From: Mustelus asterias
Lineage: Eukaryota
NCBI RefSeq assembly: GCF_964213995.1
Contig: NC_135813.1
Span: 12,958,001 to 13,022,000, forward strand
Length of the DNA: 64,000 bases
Direction: 5' to 3'
Positions 49,521 through 62,404 of the stretch are shown piece by piece; positions within the stretch are counted from its first letter, which is position 1, and each line of letters opens with the position of its first letter. A program made the position numbers and the translations under genes. Below the pieces are notes generated by a model. It made no database searches and was not told the origin of the DNA. It saw only the letters and a list, made by a program, of their open reading frames with translations.

Positions 49521-51199
49521 TCTGTGACTCTACTCCTCACTCCTACCTGCGTAACCTCTGTTCCACAAATCAAAATACAGCAGTCACTAAGGTTCCAGGA
49601 ATCGGCTGAGAAATGTCATTTGAAACACTCCCAACTTCTGCTCTTGCCTAGCTCACATCCTGCCAGGCATTAGAAATAGCAACATCAAAGTCAGAGGAGG
49701 ACCAGAACTCAAGGGCAAGGGCAATTAGAGAAGGATAATAAATGCTAGTCAGTGAGGCCCACATCCCATGAAAGAATAAAATAAACAGTTCCACATGACA
49801 GAACTTCAGAAATTTACTGGCACAAGGAAGAATACTGTGTTTTCAAAGTAACTGACTATAATTGCACAAGAAGTAATGGGAATATGAGAAACATTTGTCC
49901 TTAATCAAAGGACGGGTTTGTAAGTAACTGTAAATTCTTTTGCAGAAGTCTGATAACATGTCTCACCTAATCATCTTGTTTGTTGCATAACATTCATTTA
50001 CTTACATGGGAAAAAGTGATTCGTAAAGTGTTAAGATGCTGAGTGTTCTCCAGTAAAACAGAGGAAAAGTGCCAAGTCAGTTCCACACAAATGAATGGCC
50101 ACAGTAAACGTGTATTGTCAAACTAAGTACTTGCGCTGACAATTGGAGAGTCGGTTCGGACTGTTGGTGGGTTCAATTCTCAGGGATTCAAATGTGACAT
50201 TAAGGCATCGACTTTGGAAACCTGATTTTTGTATTTTACTGGCCACTAACTGACACTGATATTGGTGGAAAAGGTGGCAATGTTTCATATTAATGGGGAC
50301 ACAATGACAACAAAGTTGTCACAGATTAAAAATATACAAATCCGACTCATATTCAAATGTCTGGGCTGTTTATTGCTTATAAAGCTATCTTTAATTAGTT
50401 GTTCCATCATATGGGACTGCAGCCATGTCAGTTACAGCGTGAAAAAAAAAATTAATAACTTGCATATCCTTCTGAAAGTAGATGTTAGTAAAATGCTACA
50501 TTTCAGTAAAGCCCTTTGGAATCCTATTGGTGAATGAGCGACCTGAATTACCGTCTTTTAATCTTGCAGATTACATTATTATTAAATGTGATACCACCGA
50601 AATAAAAACTGCATGAAGCAAATTATCTCTTCTTTTAAGATAAATCAAAATTAAACACGATATTAACCCTCAATCACTGGTATTGTAGTGAAGGAACTTG
50701 TCTGGTGCCCCATCTCCTCCATTCCTCACACACAACATTGCAAATTGGAAAATATCCAGGGCCATAGTTTTTAAAAGTACATCAGTATATTGACTGGGTG
50801 AAGTTTCAGATTTTGCACATCATTGATAACATTTTAAAGTTTCTTCCACCTTTTCCTCAAATAAGATCATTCTCTTTATTTCTACATTCAGCCACCTTGC
50901 GCCAAGCAGGATGGCGCAACATGGAAATTCCTCCATACTTCTCTTCAGAGGAGGCAGGCTATTGATGGACAAGGTGGTCGAAGGAACATCCTTAAATCTG
51001 GTAAATGGTATGCGACTTCATCCTTCAGAAATCAAGGAACTATCCAAAGAAGAATGTATGGCCTAGCAGAATGGGTTCAGTCACTGGTGTGGTTCAGTCA
51101 CAGGTGTGGCTCAGTTGGGTGCAAACAAGAAATGATGGTTCTGGTGAGACACCATCAGTATATCTAGAATACTATCCCTGCATTTCTTCCATATGCAAT

Positions 51200-51516
51200 T
51201 AGGTAATTCCCAATGGTGGGGGAGTCCAGAACCAGGGGTCACAGTCTGAGGATTCAGGGTAGTCCATTTAGGACGGAGGTGAGGAGACATTTCTTCACCC
51301 AAAGAGTGGCGAGCCCGTGGAATTCATTACCACAGGAAGCAGTTGATGCCAAAACATTGAATGTATTCAAGTGGCGGCTGGATATAGCACTTGGGGTGAA
51401 TGGGATCGAAGGTTATGGGAAAAAAAGCAGCATTAGGATGATCAGCCATGATCGTAATGAATGGTGGAGGAGGCTCAAAGGGTGAAATGGCCTCCTCCAA
51501 TCTTCTATGTTTCTAT
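51200..51516 (+). mobile_element. CR1 LINE 3' fragment
   Basis: VGESRTRGHSLRIQGSPFRTEVRRHFFTQRV. Confidence 0.9.
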
Positions 51517-52049
51517 GCAACGTGGATTTGACACAAATTGGGAATGATTCCCCGATCCAACAAAATACTTTATAAATTCAAAAAATTAAAAGATCCCTAA
51601 TTAAAACAGATCTTTCAGAATCTCTCAGCTCATTCCTCCAAGTTACTTTGACTCAGGGCATTTGATTTTTGCCACAATATCATTTGTACATTTTTATCCC
51701 AGTCAAGTCATCAAGTACTAACATTGTACATAGTCAAAAATGGATGAGCAATGAGAGAAACATTTTTTGTTACAGATACATGGATTGTAGTGATTGCAAA
51801 GCTTCCTCTCTTCTATTAACTATTCAATTAGGATGTTAAAAGTCTGTCAAAAATGGTCGTGATGTGTAGCAGACACAGTTTTCATAAAGAGCTCAAATAC
51901 CAAGTAACCAGTTTTCCGAAGATAAAAAATAATTGTAGTATTTATTGTTTTATGCAGCATCCACTTGCAACCACCACTATTTCCTTTCAGTAGCTTTTGG
52001 AACTGCACCTTCTCCTTTTCTTCTCCCCTATGTACTTAATGAGCAGTAG

Positions 52050-52128
52050 GTTTTGTCTGTACAGCACACAAGAAACAATACTTCTCACCGTATCCCAATA
52101 CATGTGACAATAACAAATCAAATCAAAT
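52050..52128 (+). mobile_element. Rex1/Babar 3' tail fragment
   Basis: Matches ~30850-30929 and ends ATCAAATCAAAT. Confidence 0.7.
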
Positions 52129-52532
52129 GCTCATCACATGCATTCTCTAGCATTGGAAGGGCAAGGTGTTGTTAGCTGATTTTCAACCAACACTGTTGGA
52201 ACTACTGTATGATCAGCCAGTAATGAGGGAATATTAGGGAGAGAGGTCTAGCAATAGTAATCTTTCTCTATACTCCCAAGTCACTTTACTGTGATTACCC
52301 TGCAATTTACTGCAAGGGAGATGACTGACAAAACCTGAACTTACATGGGGTGTGGACTTGCGACCTGTTAACTGGAATCAAGTACTTAACTGTGGGAGAC
52401 ACAGACCTGCTTACAATGGGACCCATTGGGTGCTGAAAATTTTATTATTTGTGGTTCGTCACCTTGCTAGGGGATTCATTTTTAAAGTGTAAATGGAGAA
52501 TTGCAGTTCATTTCAGGTTGTGCGTCACTCAC

Positions 52533-52610
52533 CATGAAAGACCTGACAACTACATCTGGCATCTGAGGCAGCTGGTAATGCAGCAACGCTGTTGTGGCAT
52601 GGTCAGTCAC
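52533..52610 (-). CDS. MED27: MED27 penultimate coding exon, VTDHATTALLHYQLPQMPDVVVRSFM
   Basis: Lies inside ORF 52482..52721; acceptor ttttttttctttgtcag, donor ATG|gtgagt; 78 nt, phase 0-0; in frame with both flanking exons. Confidence 0.97.
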
Positions 52611-54354
52611 CTGACAAAGAAAAAAAACAGCAATGAGATATAGAATGCACCATCCACAACTGCCTGCAGTTTCATCGCAGAGGACATAAAACAAGACTTG
52701 GGTTAAGTGTGTGTACTGCACAAGATTCTAAACAAAGAAGTTTGTACAGATCTACAAGATTAACCAATCAAATGCCAAAACAGTTCTATCCCCTCAACAA
52801 TTTAATTTCCTGGCAAAATAATTTTGTATTTTCCCACTTGATTGCCAGTTTCTTCATTTATTTTTATTGGGAATACATACATTGGAAAAACATCTTTTCA
52901 TCAAAAACTGTATCAAAGTGAAATCATTCTTGCAAACAATACCAAAACAAATGACAACATTAGCTTTTCTAATATTAGCTTTTCTAATATTTGCTTTTCA
53001 GAAGGCTATTTTTTAAATTCAGTTTTTGTTACCCAACCTCCCACTTCTACTAAAATAAAAACAGAAAATGCTGGACAATCTCAGTAGGTCTGTCAGCACA
53101 CGGAATGAGAAATATTCTTCTAGCCATGGAAACAGTGTTATTCCCTGGATGTTCAGATGTTAGCAGATGCACTATGCAACAAGCTGATCTCAGTTGGGTG
53201 AGCAGCACTTCAAACAGACTCAGCCAGGGTTCCTGCTCTTGATCATTATAGATTGACCCTCGTTGGAAGCAAGCATTTGTGTACATTTGCTGTGAACCTT
53301 GACTCGGGGAGTTTAGGGCAATGGTATTAACTTTAGTTTGCTACATCAAAGAATTGACAAATTTGGGGAACATTGCCTCCTTTTATATTTTAATTCAAAC
53401 CTCTAGGGTACACGGGACACTGTGCCACCATCCAGTACACATCCAGCACTCAATGTTCAGCCTTACACACAAGGTACCAAAGTGTTGCTAAAGTCTGTAC
53501 CTTCAGAACAGAGAATGAGACATTTTGAGCAGAATTATAGCATTCGTCTACAGTACATGGAACTATTTAGGTAATAAACAGAGGTTATTAAAAATAAATG
53601 ATTTTGAAAAGACACTGCTTTATTGGTATAGCACAAGTTAACAGACAAAGAATAGCACATTAAGTTACTTATACATTAAAGTGAGATATGTCCCGAGCAC
53701 TGTGTTGTTCATCCAGTATTAACTGTTACATAAAAATGGTCAAGTTTCTAAATTGTTCCTCAGCCTCTGAATGCAAGTTAATTCGAGACCAAATATATAG
53801 AAAACGAGAAGTTGTTACAATGAGAAGTTGAATCTGGAGGCTGAGATCGCTTTATAAATCACTATTGTGATTTGAATGGTTGGACACCTGGAGGGATGCA
53901 TGTTGTATAGATGGGGAAGCTGGGAGGCTTAATAGTTGAACTTCTGCATACCATGAAACAATAGGCTTTCCAATAAAAAAAGATGGCTTTGAAGTGTCCT
54001 GAGGGGAACGTGTAACTTGTCCTCTATGCAAAGTGCTGCACAAAGAAATATATGCCAGTAATGACGTTAGCCACGAATAATTAAAGCATATCTTTAGGAG
54101 ATTGGGCAACAAACATAGGTAAATGTATTTATTAGCCATAATATGGAAAGGTGATGGTTGATAAAACCTGATCTTCAAAGAGATTGGGGACAGTTATGTC
54201 AAGAAATCGTACCCGAGAGAAGTAACTGCAGTGAACAATTACAATTATTTCCATGAATAGACTGTCTTTAAAAGTATTGGGAATTGATACATTCGGAGGT
54301 CTTATCAGCAACATGCACCTTTAATGTAGGTAATATATGCTTAAGAAGCAAGGT

Positions 54355-54517
54355 TTTTTATGTTAGATATAGCTCTTGGGGCTAAAGGGATCAAGGGATA
54401 TGGGGGGGGGGGAAGGGGATCAGGATATTGAATTCAATAATCAGCCATGATCAAAATGAATGGCGGAGCAGGCTTGAAGGGCCAAATGGCCTACTCCTGC
54501 TTCTAGTTTCTATGTTT
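54355..54517 (+). mobile_element. CR1 LINE 3' tail fragment
   Basis: ATCAGCCATGATCAAAATGAATGGCGGAGCAGGCTTGAAGGGCCAAATGGCCTACTCCTGC. Confidence 0.85.
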
Positions 54518-56559
54518 CCAATAATTCGTCGAAGAGCTTGACTGACAGGAAGACCTGCTTTCTGTAAATAATTAGGACAATCACTATGTTGATAATGTTT
54601 CTTCTGTATACTACATCATAAAGTCTTGTGCTTACTCAAAACATGCTGTTGTGAACCATAGAAGAAAGGAGGTTGATTGCTAACATTGGGGAGATAATAT
54701 AATTGCTGGCTTGCAATGAGTACCCAGGCATATTTTCAAAACAAATGACATACTGTGGGATTAATAGTATAATCTCTTCCACTGTTCTGTTTTTTTTATT
54801 GTCGGTATCATGACGGTGATCAATGGTGAAAGTGCTTTCTGTAGTTGATACATTATGACATGAACAAGATTCTCCACCTGACAACTTACTGTTCAGCTGT
54901 GGTGTTTTTGATATAGTTGCAGGATGGACACATAAGGAAAAAAAGGGTTTTGTAAGCCAGCTATGTACAAAGTGGTCACTGCGGGCAGTTGTTAAAAACA
55001 CTATTTATTTGAACAACAATCAGGATAAGCTCTGTTACTTGAACAGAGATTGGAAGCATCTATTTCTTTCACATTTCTTTTCTTCCACCACAATATAAGT
55101 GAGGGTCACCAACAAGATTGGGTGCCACTAAATTTGCCCAAGAAATATTGACATCTCTGCAACGTTCTGGCCATTGCTGCTCCTACCTTTCCTCTCCCTC
55201 GCCTAGTTCCCACTTCAAATTACAGGAGGGTTGATTTTTTTTCTCTAATCAAGGTCAGGGTGTTATCACGAAGGAATCGATGACTATATTTTGGGCATCC
55301 AGGATTAGGATCAAACATTAAAATATACACAATAAAGCTGCCTGTTTTACCAAGTGTGTTGCAGCCTCAACCTCAGATGAACACCTCCTACTGCATCATT
55401 GTGACACTTCCATTCTCAATCAGCCATACTGACTCTTGGACTGAAATCAAGTAAACAGTGCTGAATTAAGGGAAATTTAGTGCCATCTCCCCATCTGTCT
55501 GGAATGGACTCTAAACCCAGTTTCCAAAAGTGAACAGCTAGTATATAATCCACAGGGCCACCTACTCCCTTGTGACATCCAAAGCATTGCTCAGATTATG
55601 TGAAGATATTCTGAAGTTTGCCCATTTTCTGTTAAATCTAGCAAGCTGTGGTTTAGAGTCAGGACCTTTCAGTAGAGAGCTCAGTGACAAATATCTGTTA
55701 ACAGTTGGAAGAGTTAGTTTTGATCGCAGCATGGGTATAGCCACAATGAACGTTTGATTTTACTCTTTCAATTTCCAACGATTTCTTTCATTTTAAAAAT
55801 TCTTTGTAAATGCTCCTCTGACCCCATCTTGCATACACGCTAAGCCTCATGAAAGGGCATTTGCCTAAAATGAGAAAATTGGACAGATTCATGCGCATAT
55901 GTTGCCTGCCTGTAAATTGCAATTAATGAGGCTCTGCACATCAGATAAAAGCAGCTCTGGCACAACTGGACAGAAGGGAACATATGACAAACAGAGAACC
56001 GCGCGCTCTTAAAACAGAACAAAGCTGCTTCTGAAAGATCAAAAATGTGATCGAAACCCACAGAGATGGGAATAATCTTCGATGAGCAACTACTACAGGA
56101 ACAAAATATGAAGCTTGGGGACAGATGGAGAACAGAATTACTTGAACAATAATGCCTTCAGCAAAAAGATATCTATTTCCTGTTTGAGTTCTGGCTTACA
56201 ACCCTCATTAATTTTACAAGTTAACTAGGGGGCTCCTGGCTCTCTGCAGGAGATGACTTGCTTCACCTCATACATGCATACTCGCACACAAACTTACAGC
56301 CAACATATCTAACACCAATGAAAAACTGCTTATGAAGCAAAACAAAACAATTTTTTTTTATTATGACCTTAGCATCAACGAGACAGGAGGTTTTGTAGAT
56401 CTGGAAAGAAGGGAGCAAGAAAAAATACAGACAAGGTGGCAAGCTTAGAAAGCCTTCAAACACATAATCAGTGGTCTGGTTGGGGATACACAGTATGCCC
56501 ATGTAATTTCTGGAGACAACTGTATATTCATTTCTCAGCCATTAGCAATAGTAAAATTG

Positions 56560-58225
56560 GAATGGTGGCCCAAACCATGGCTTATGAGGGAAATTAGAGA
56601 TAGTATTAAATCCAAAGGAGAGGCAAACAAATTGACTAAGAAAAATAACAGGCCTGAGGATTGGAAACAGTTTAGAATTCAGCAGGTGGAAAGGCGTTTT
56701 TCTGAATGGAGGTCTGTAACTACTGGTGTTCTATAGGAATCAGTGCTGGGACCTCTGCTTAAATGGCTTGGAAGAAAATGTAGCTGGTCTGATGAGCAAG
56801 TTTGCAGATGATACTAAGATTGGTGGAGTTGTGGATAGTAATGAAGATTGCCAAAGAATATAGCAGGATACAGATAGGCTGGAAAATTGGGCAGAGAAAT
56901 GGCAGATGGAATTTAATCTGGACAAATGTGAGGTGATGCATTTTGCTAGATCCAATTCAGGTGGGAGCTATAAAATAAATTGTCGAACTATCAGGAGCAT
57001 AAGGACACTGGGCATGCAGGTCCACAGATCCTTAAAAGTGACAGCACAGTGGAAAAGGTGGTGAAGAAAACATATGGCATGCTTGCCTTCTTCAGACAAG
57101 GCATCAAGTATAAAAGTTGGCAAATTGTGTTACAGTTATATAAAACGTTGATTAGGCCACATTTGGAATACGGTGTGCAATTCTGGTCATCACACTACCA
57201 GAAGGACATGGAGGCTTTGGAGAGAGTACAGAAAAGGTTTACCAGGGTGTTGCCTGGTATGGAAGGTATTAGCTATGAGGAGAGATTGAATAAACTGGGA
57301 TTGTGCTCCCTGATTGGTGAAGACAAATGTAGGTCCCTTACTGTCAGAAACAGAGGAATTTATAATGGGGAATGAAGAATTGGCTGACCAACTGAATACA
57401 TACTTTGGTTTTGTCTTCACAAAGGATGACACAAATACGATACCAGAAATTTTGGGGAACACAGAGGTTAGTGAGAGGGAGAAGCTAAAGGAGATCAGTA
57501 TTTGTAGAGAAATGGTATTGGGGAAATTGATGGGTTTGAAGGCTGATAAATCCCCACGGCCTGATAATCTACAACCCAGAGTACTTAAGAAAGTGGCCCA
57601 AGAAATAGTGGGTACATTGGTGGTCATCTTGCAAGATTCTATAAACTCTGGAACAGTTCTTACAGGCTGGAGAGTAGCCAATTCAACATCACTATTTAAA
57701 AAGGGAGGCGGAGAGTAAACGGGGAATTATAGACCAGTAAGCCTCATGTCGGTAGGGGGGAAAATTCTAGAACCCATTATCAAATATTTTACAGCAAAAC
57801 ATTTGGAATCAGTGGCAGGATTGGACAGAGTCAGTATGAATTTATGAATGGGAAATCATGCTCAACAAATCTACTGGATTTCTTCAAGGGTGTAACTAAT
57901 TGAGTTGATGAGGGGGAGCCAGTGGATGTGGTTTATTTGGACTTTCAGAAGCTTTTCGACAAAATCCTACATAAGAGATTAGCATGCAAAAATGAAATGG
58001 GATTGGAGTTAGTGTATCCAGATGGATACAAAGCTGGTTGGCAGACAGGAAATAAAGAGTTAGGAATAAATGGGTTTCCCCCCCCCCCCAAATGGCAGGC
58101 AGTGACTAGTGGGGCACCGCGGGGATCAGTGCTGGGACCCCAGCTATGCACTATATATATATTAATGATTTAGGTGGGGGAACTAAATGTAATATCTCCA
58201 AATTTGCAGATGACACAAAGTTGAG
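56560..58225 (+). mobile_element. Nested CR1 fragments (56686-57308 inside an older CR1 ORF2)
   Basis: RT C-terminal block (SKFADDTK...RPHLEYGVQFWS) precedes an RT N-terminal block (KADKSPRPD..., VDVVYLDFQK), an order impossible for one element. Confidence 0.85.
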
Positions 58226-59199
58226 TGAAAATACAAACATCACTGTTTTCCTTTACATTACACAGGAAACACTAAAGTGAAGTAAACAAATAAACCAGCA
58301 CTCAAAACTTGTAATGTAATATACCTTTTTCTCAGGCGAGCATGCCACAGACTTTCTGAAAATGCATTAACAATTTAGTGCTCTTAACATCTGGATTTCA
58401 CCATTTAATCATTCATAAGAAACTCCTTGTTTTCACCTGTCAGATGATCATAAGGGCTGTTCATAAGTTGTCAGCCTTTTGGAACGGTGTCAGATGCTTA
58501 GAAACTTGGTAAGCTTTTGATAGATTTCTGCATTGACATGCTTTTTAAGGTTGCTGCCTTTGGAACTAGGAAAGATAGCTGAGCTAGTAGAATAGCAATG
58601 CGGGCCATTCAGTTGCACTTAAAGATTGATCCCACAGGCTTTAATATGGTTCAGTTCAGTTCACTTCATCACAAATAAGTTTTCTCTAAGTAGTGAAGTA
58701 TTGATGCAGGAGAACTGAAAATGGTAGCAACTCTCAAAATATCAGGTTGCAGATGCGAACAAAGAAAGGTTATTGTCCTGAAACGTGAACTCTCTCTCTT
58801 CATTGATGCTGCGAGACCTACAAAGTATTTCCAGCATTTTCTATCCTTATTTCAGATTTTCAACAGATGAGTATTATTTTGTAAAAGCATTTAGTGCAAC
58901 TTACTGCGTACTTACTTTATATCAGAATTTCACAGCACAAAAGAGGACCATTTGGTCCTTGTGTCTGTGTTGGTTCTCTAAAAATGTGATGATACTGTGC
59001 CTTTAAGAAACATACTTTAGTCATGTTTCTGTGCTGAATGCATTTACTAGTCTCTTCCATTTTAACAGAGCCATTTTGTCTGGAGCCAGCAGCACTGTAT
59101 TGCTACCGCAGCAAGATAATTGATATTAATTGATGGCAGTGTTTGTTTTGATCTGAATTAATGCAGAGTTCTGTTGTTTTGTGTTTTCCCTTGGGATAT

Positions 59200-59833
59200 T
59201 GCAGAATAGTGCTTGATTAGGTTGACTGACAGGTAAGGTTATATGATAGAGTGGGGCTTTCACAGAGAACTCAATGCAGTCTGCTTTTTGGGGATCTTTA
59301 GGGAGAGGTTGCTTTCTCTGTATCTCTTGCTTTTTCTGATGTGGAGACTGGAATCTACCAAGAAATAAGCCTTTTTCTCAGATTCTGCTGTTTGGGATGG
59401 AGCTTCTCTGGAAGTTGCAGCATGAGAATTAGAAGACGGGTGTCGGTCTGGGTCACTCTCCAGAAGTGTCAAAAGGTTGGACATCTAGTACCTATGTAAG
59501 CATCTTTGGTTTCTGTGCTTACTGGTTCCCCTTAAGGAAGGGATTCGTGTCTGTGGGGGATACTGCTAAATTGGAACAATAGAAACGGCTAGCTGTTAAG
59601 AATTATACTTTGTCATGTTTAAGTTTTTTTAAATTGGTAAAAGTATTGCTAATTCTTTTTATTACATTGTGTTCTTCAATAACATTTGTTTTGATAAAAG
59701 CTTCCTAGTGGGTCACTTGAATCATACCTGGAGTGGAACACTTATGCTTACCCTAATGCCAAAATTAAATGGAAAAGTTAGGATTCAGGCTAATTTCATA
59801 AAATACCTTGGGGTTTCGGGATCTGGTCCTTAA
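59200..59833 (+). mobile_element. Possible LTR remnant
   Basis: Non-coding, LTR-like composition ending ...GATCTGGTCCTTAA; boundaries uncertain. Confidence 0.3.
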
Positions 59834-59899
59834 AAGTTATCTACTTAGTTCCATTCCCTTGATCTTTCCGGCTATATTTCGTTTTTTAAAACTTCAGTT

Positions 59900-60290
59900 A
59901 CATGGCTAGATTGGAGAAGCTTGACTGCTTTCCTTGGAGAAGAGAAAGTTAAGGTGAGATTTGATAAAGGTACTCAAAATCATGAGGGGTCTAGACAGAG
60001 TACGTAGGGAGAAATTGTTCCCTTTGGTGAAAGGATTGAGAACCAGGGGGCACAGATATAAGGTAATTGACAAAAGAAGCAATAGCGACATGGGGAAAAC
60101 TTTTTTCATGCAGCAAGTGGTTAGAATCGGAATGCACTGCCTCAGAGTGCGTTGGAGAAAAGTTCAATCGAGACATTCAAAAAGGAATTGGATAATTATC
60201 TCAAAAGAAAGAATATGGAGGGCTGTGGGTGAAGGCAGGGAATGGTTTTAGGTGAATTGCTCCTTTAGAGAGATCCTGAGACAATGGGTG
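59900..60290 (+). mobile_element. CR1 LINE 3' fragment
   Basis: IKVLKIMRGLDRVRREKLFPLVKGLRTRGH. Confidence 0.85.
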
Positions 60291-60734
60291 AAAGGACCAC
60301 ACAAAAATCCCTCTATTCATCAAGATAGATTATACCTTGGAACTTCAGATGAAATTCAAAACAGCAACATCTACATTGCAAAAGTTATAAAATGATGAAA
60401 CCAAGAGACTTGTGAATCTCATTATTGTTTCACCACATTTACTGACTTACTGAGATGATTAGATACCACTTCACGTACTGAGAGGGACTGTAATTTGCCT
60501 GAATTCTTCCTGAATGCTTGATCCCTGTCCAATCACTGGCAGATTAAAACACCAAAACTGAGTTTCGTGGGACCTCTGAGTCCTGCTGAGGCCCAACTCA
60601 CTTGCTTTACTTGCTTCTTCAAGGGCTGCAGTCAAACTCCAGTAATGCTAATAGGTTACCCCACAGTGAGTACGGGCTGCTTAAGCAGATAAATGCAGCA
60701 ATACTACTGCCACTTTCTTTAACACAAGATGTTG

Positions 60735-61205
60735 CATTTCTGAATGGAGGGCTGTGACAAGTGGTGTCCCTCAGGTATCAGTGCTGGGACCGTTGCTGTT
60801 TGTAATATATATATATATATATATATAAATGATTTGGAGGAAAATGTAACTGGATTGATTAGTAAGTTTGCGGATGACACAAAGGTTGGTGGATTTGCAG
60901 ATAGCGATGAGGACCATCAGAGGATACAGATCAGTTGGAGACTTGGGCAGAGAGGTGGCAGATGGAGTTTAATCCGGACAAATGTGAGGTAATGCATTTT
61001 GGAAGGTCTAATACAAATAGAAAATATAAAGTAATGGCAGAACCCTTAAGAGTATTGATAGGCAGAGGGACCTTGGTGTACAGAGGTCCCTGAAAGTGGC
61101 AACGCAGGTGGAGAAGGTAGTCAAGAAGGCATACAGCATACTTGCCTTCATCGGCCGGGCACTGAGTTTAAAAATTGGCAAGTCATGTTGCAGCTTTATA
61201 GAATA
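60735..61205 (+). mobile_element. CR1 LINE RT fragment
   Basis: YINDLEENVTGLISKFADDTKVGG, with an expanded (AT)n tract. Confidence 0.9.
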
Positions 61206-61561
61206 TGTGGAGCCTGGCAGACGAAACAATGGCTGAAAGTTGGCCAAAAAGAAAGAGCAGTTGACTCTGCTTCAATCTCATCCTATGGGAATGCTTCCCA
61301 GTGGCACCATGACTGAGGCTGGCACTTATGTGCATGGGGAGAAAACTATCAGGTCAGCCATGATCTTATTAAATGACAGAGCAGGCTCAAGGAGCTGACT
61401 GGCCTACTCCTACTGCCTGTTCACATGTTTGTAAGGTTGCACACTGTCAATATATGGCTTTTGGAAGTAAAAACTAGCTCCCACTGTAGTATTCCACACA
61501 CTTTCCAATCACCTAATAAAATTACATGAAGTCAGATGAATAATGATAGAAGGGCACCCAC

Positions 61562-61603
61562 CTTCTGAAAGACTTGGTAATTGGACTTAGACCAAATGTC
61601 CAG
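61562..61603 (-). CDS. MED27: MED27 internal coding exon (third from last), LDIWSKSNYQVFQK
   Basis: Minus strand tgtcttttatttcacag|CTGGACATTTGG...TTTCAGAAG|gtgggt; 42 nt, phase 0-0; peptide matches my recall of vertebrate MED27. Confidence 0.95.
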
Positions 61604-62267
61604 CTGTGAAATAAAAGACAAAATTAGATCCATTCATAAAGATCTCATTGTTAAATATTGACATGCCATACCCAAGGGAATTTCTGAGTGCTTGCCAGTT
61701 TAATTGTGCATGGAAGAAAACGAAATGTGTTAATTGGAAAAGCAGCTGTTGAAAACTAACTAGGCAGTAGTTCTGGTTATAAATGAACAAAAGAAGGGGA
61801 GAGACAGCAGATTAAAAATCTATGCATTTAGCACTAGAACACAGGTTATAATCCAGCCCTAAACTGCTGATGGAAATATTGGATTGAGTTGGTCAGATTT
61901 ATGTGAAGTAGACGAGTAAAGGACAACACAATGCCCGATGGAATAGAACATCCAGCGCCACCAGCTTCAAAACAAACCTATTTCACTCAAAGGCTAGGTA
62001 TATGTGAAATGGAAGACTGGTCAGATAGCGAGCGTTCCTTTGATGAAGAACACAACAAGCCTCTTTGCTGTTTATATCTCATTGTATGCAAACAGACAGT
62101 GTTGTATGCGGTCAAATCTGCAATAACTAGCCTAAACTCCATTCTTAATCCTTTCATTTGCTAGGTAAAAACACAGTGAAATGATACCTTGGGCAAAGTT
62201 TTCCAATTTAGTATCGATTAGTAAGAAAGCTGGGATAGTTTGGTTTGAAGGACTGTGCCCATTAGGC

Positions 62268-62404
62268 CAACCCAACTCTCCACTCACCTGATGAAGGAGC
62301 AGTGCTCCGAAAGCTTGTGTGCTACCAAATAAACCTGTTGGACTTTAACCTGGTGGTGTGAGACTTCTTACTGTGCCCACCCCAGTCCAACGCCGGCATC
62401 TCCA
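62268..62404 (+). mobile_element. Penelope terminal-repeat mini-insertion
   Basis: Same family as 23695-24490; flanking repeat CATTAGGC at 62260-62267 and 62405-62412. Confidence 0.85.
62285..62319 (+). ncRNA. Minimal type I hammerhead ribozyme motif
   Basis: CAC-CTGATGA-AGGAGC-AGT-GCTCC-GAAA-GC-TT-GTG; canonical CUGAUGA core. Confidence 0.75.
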
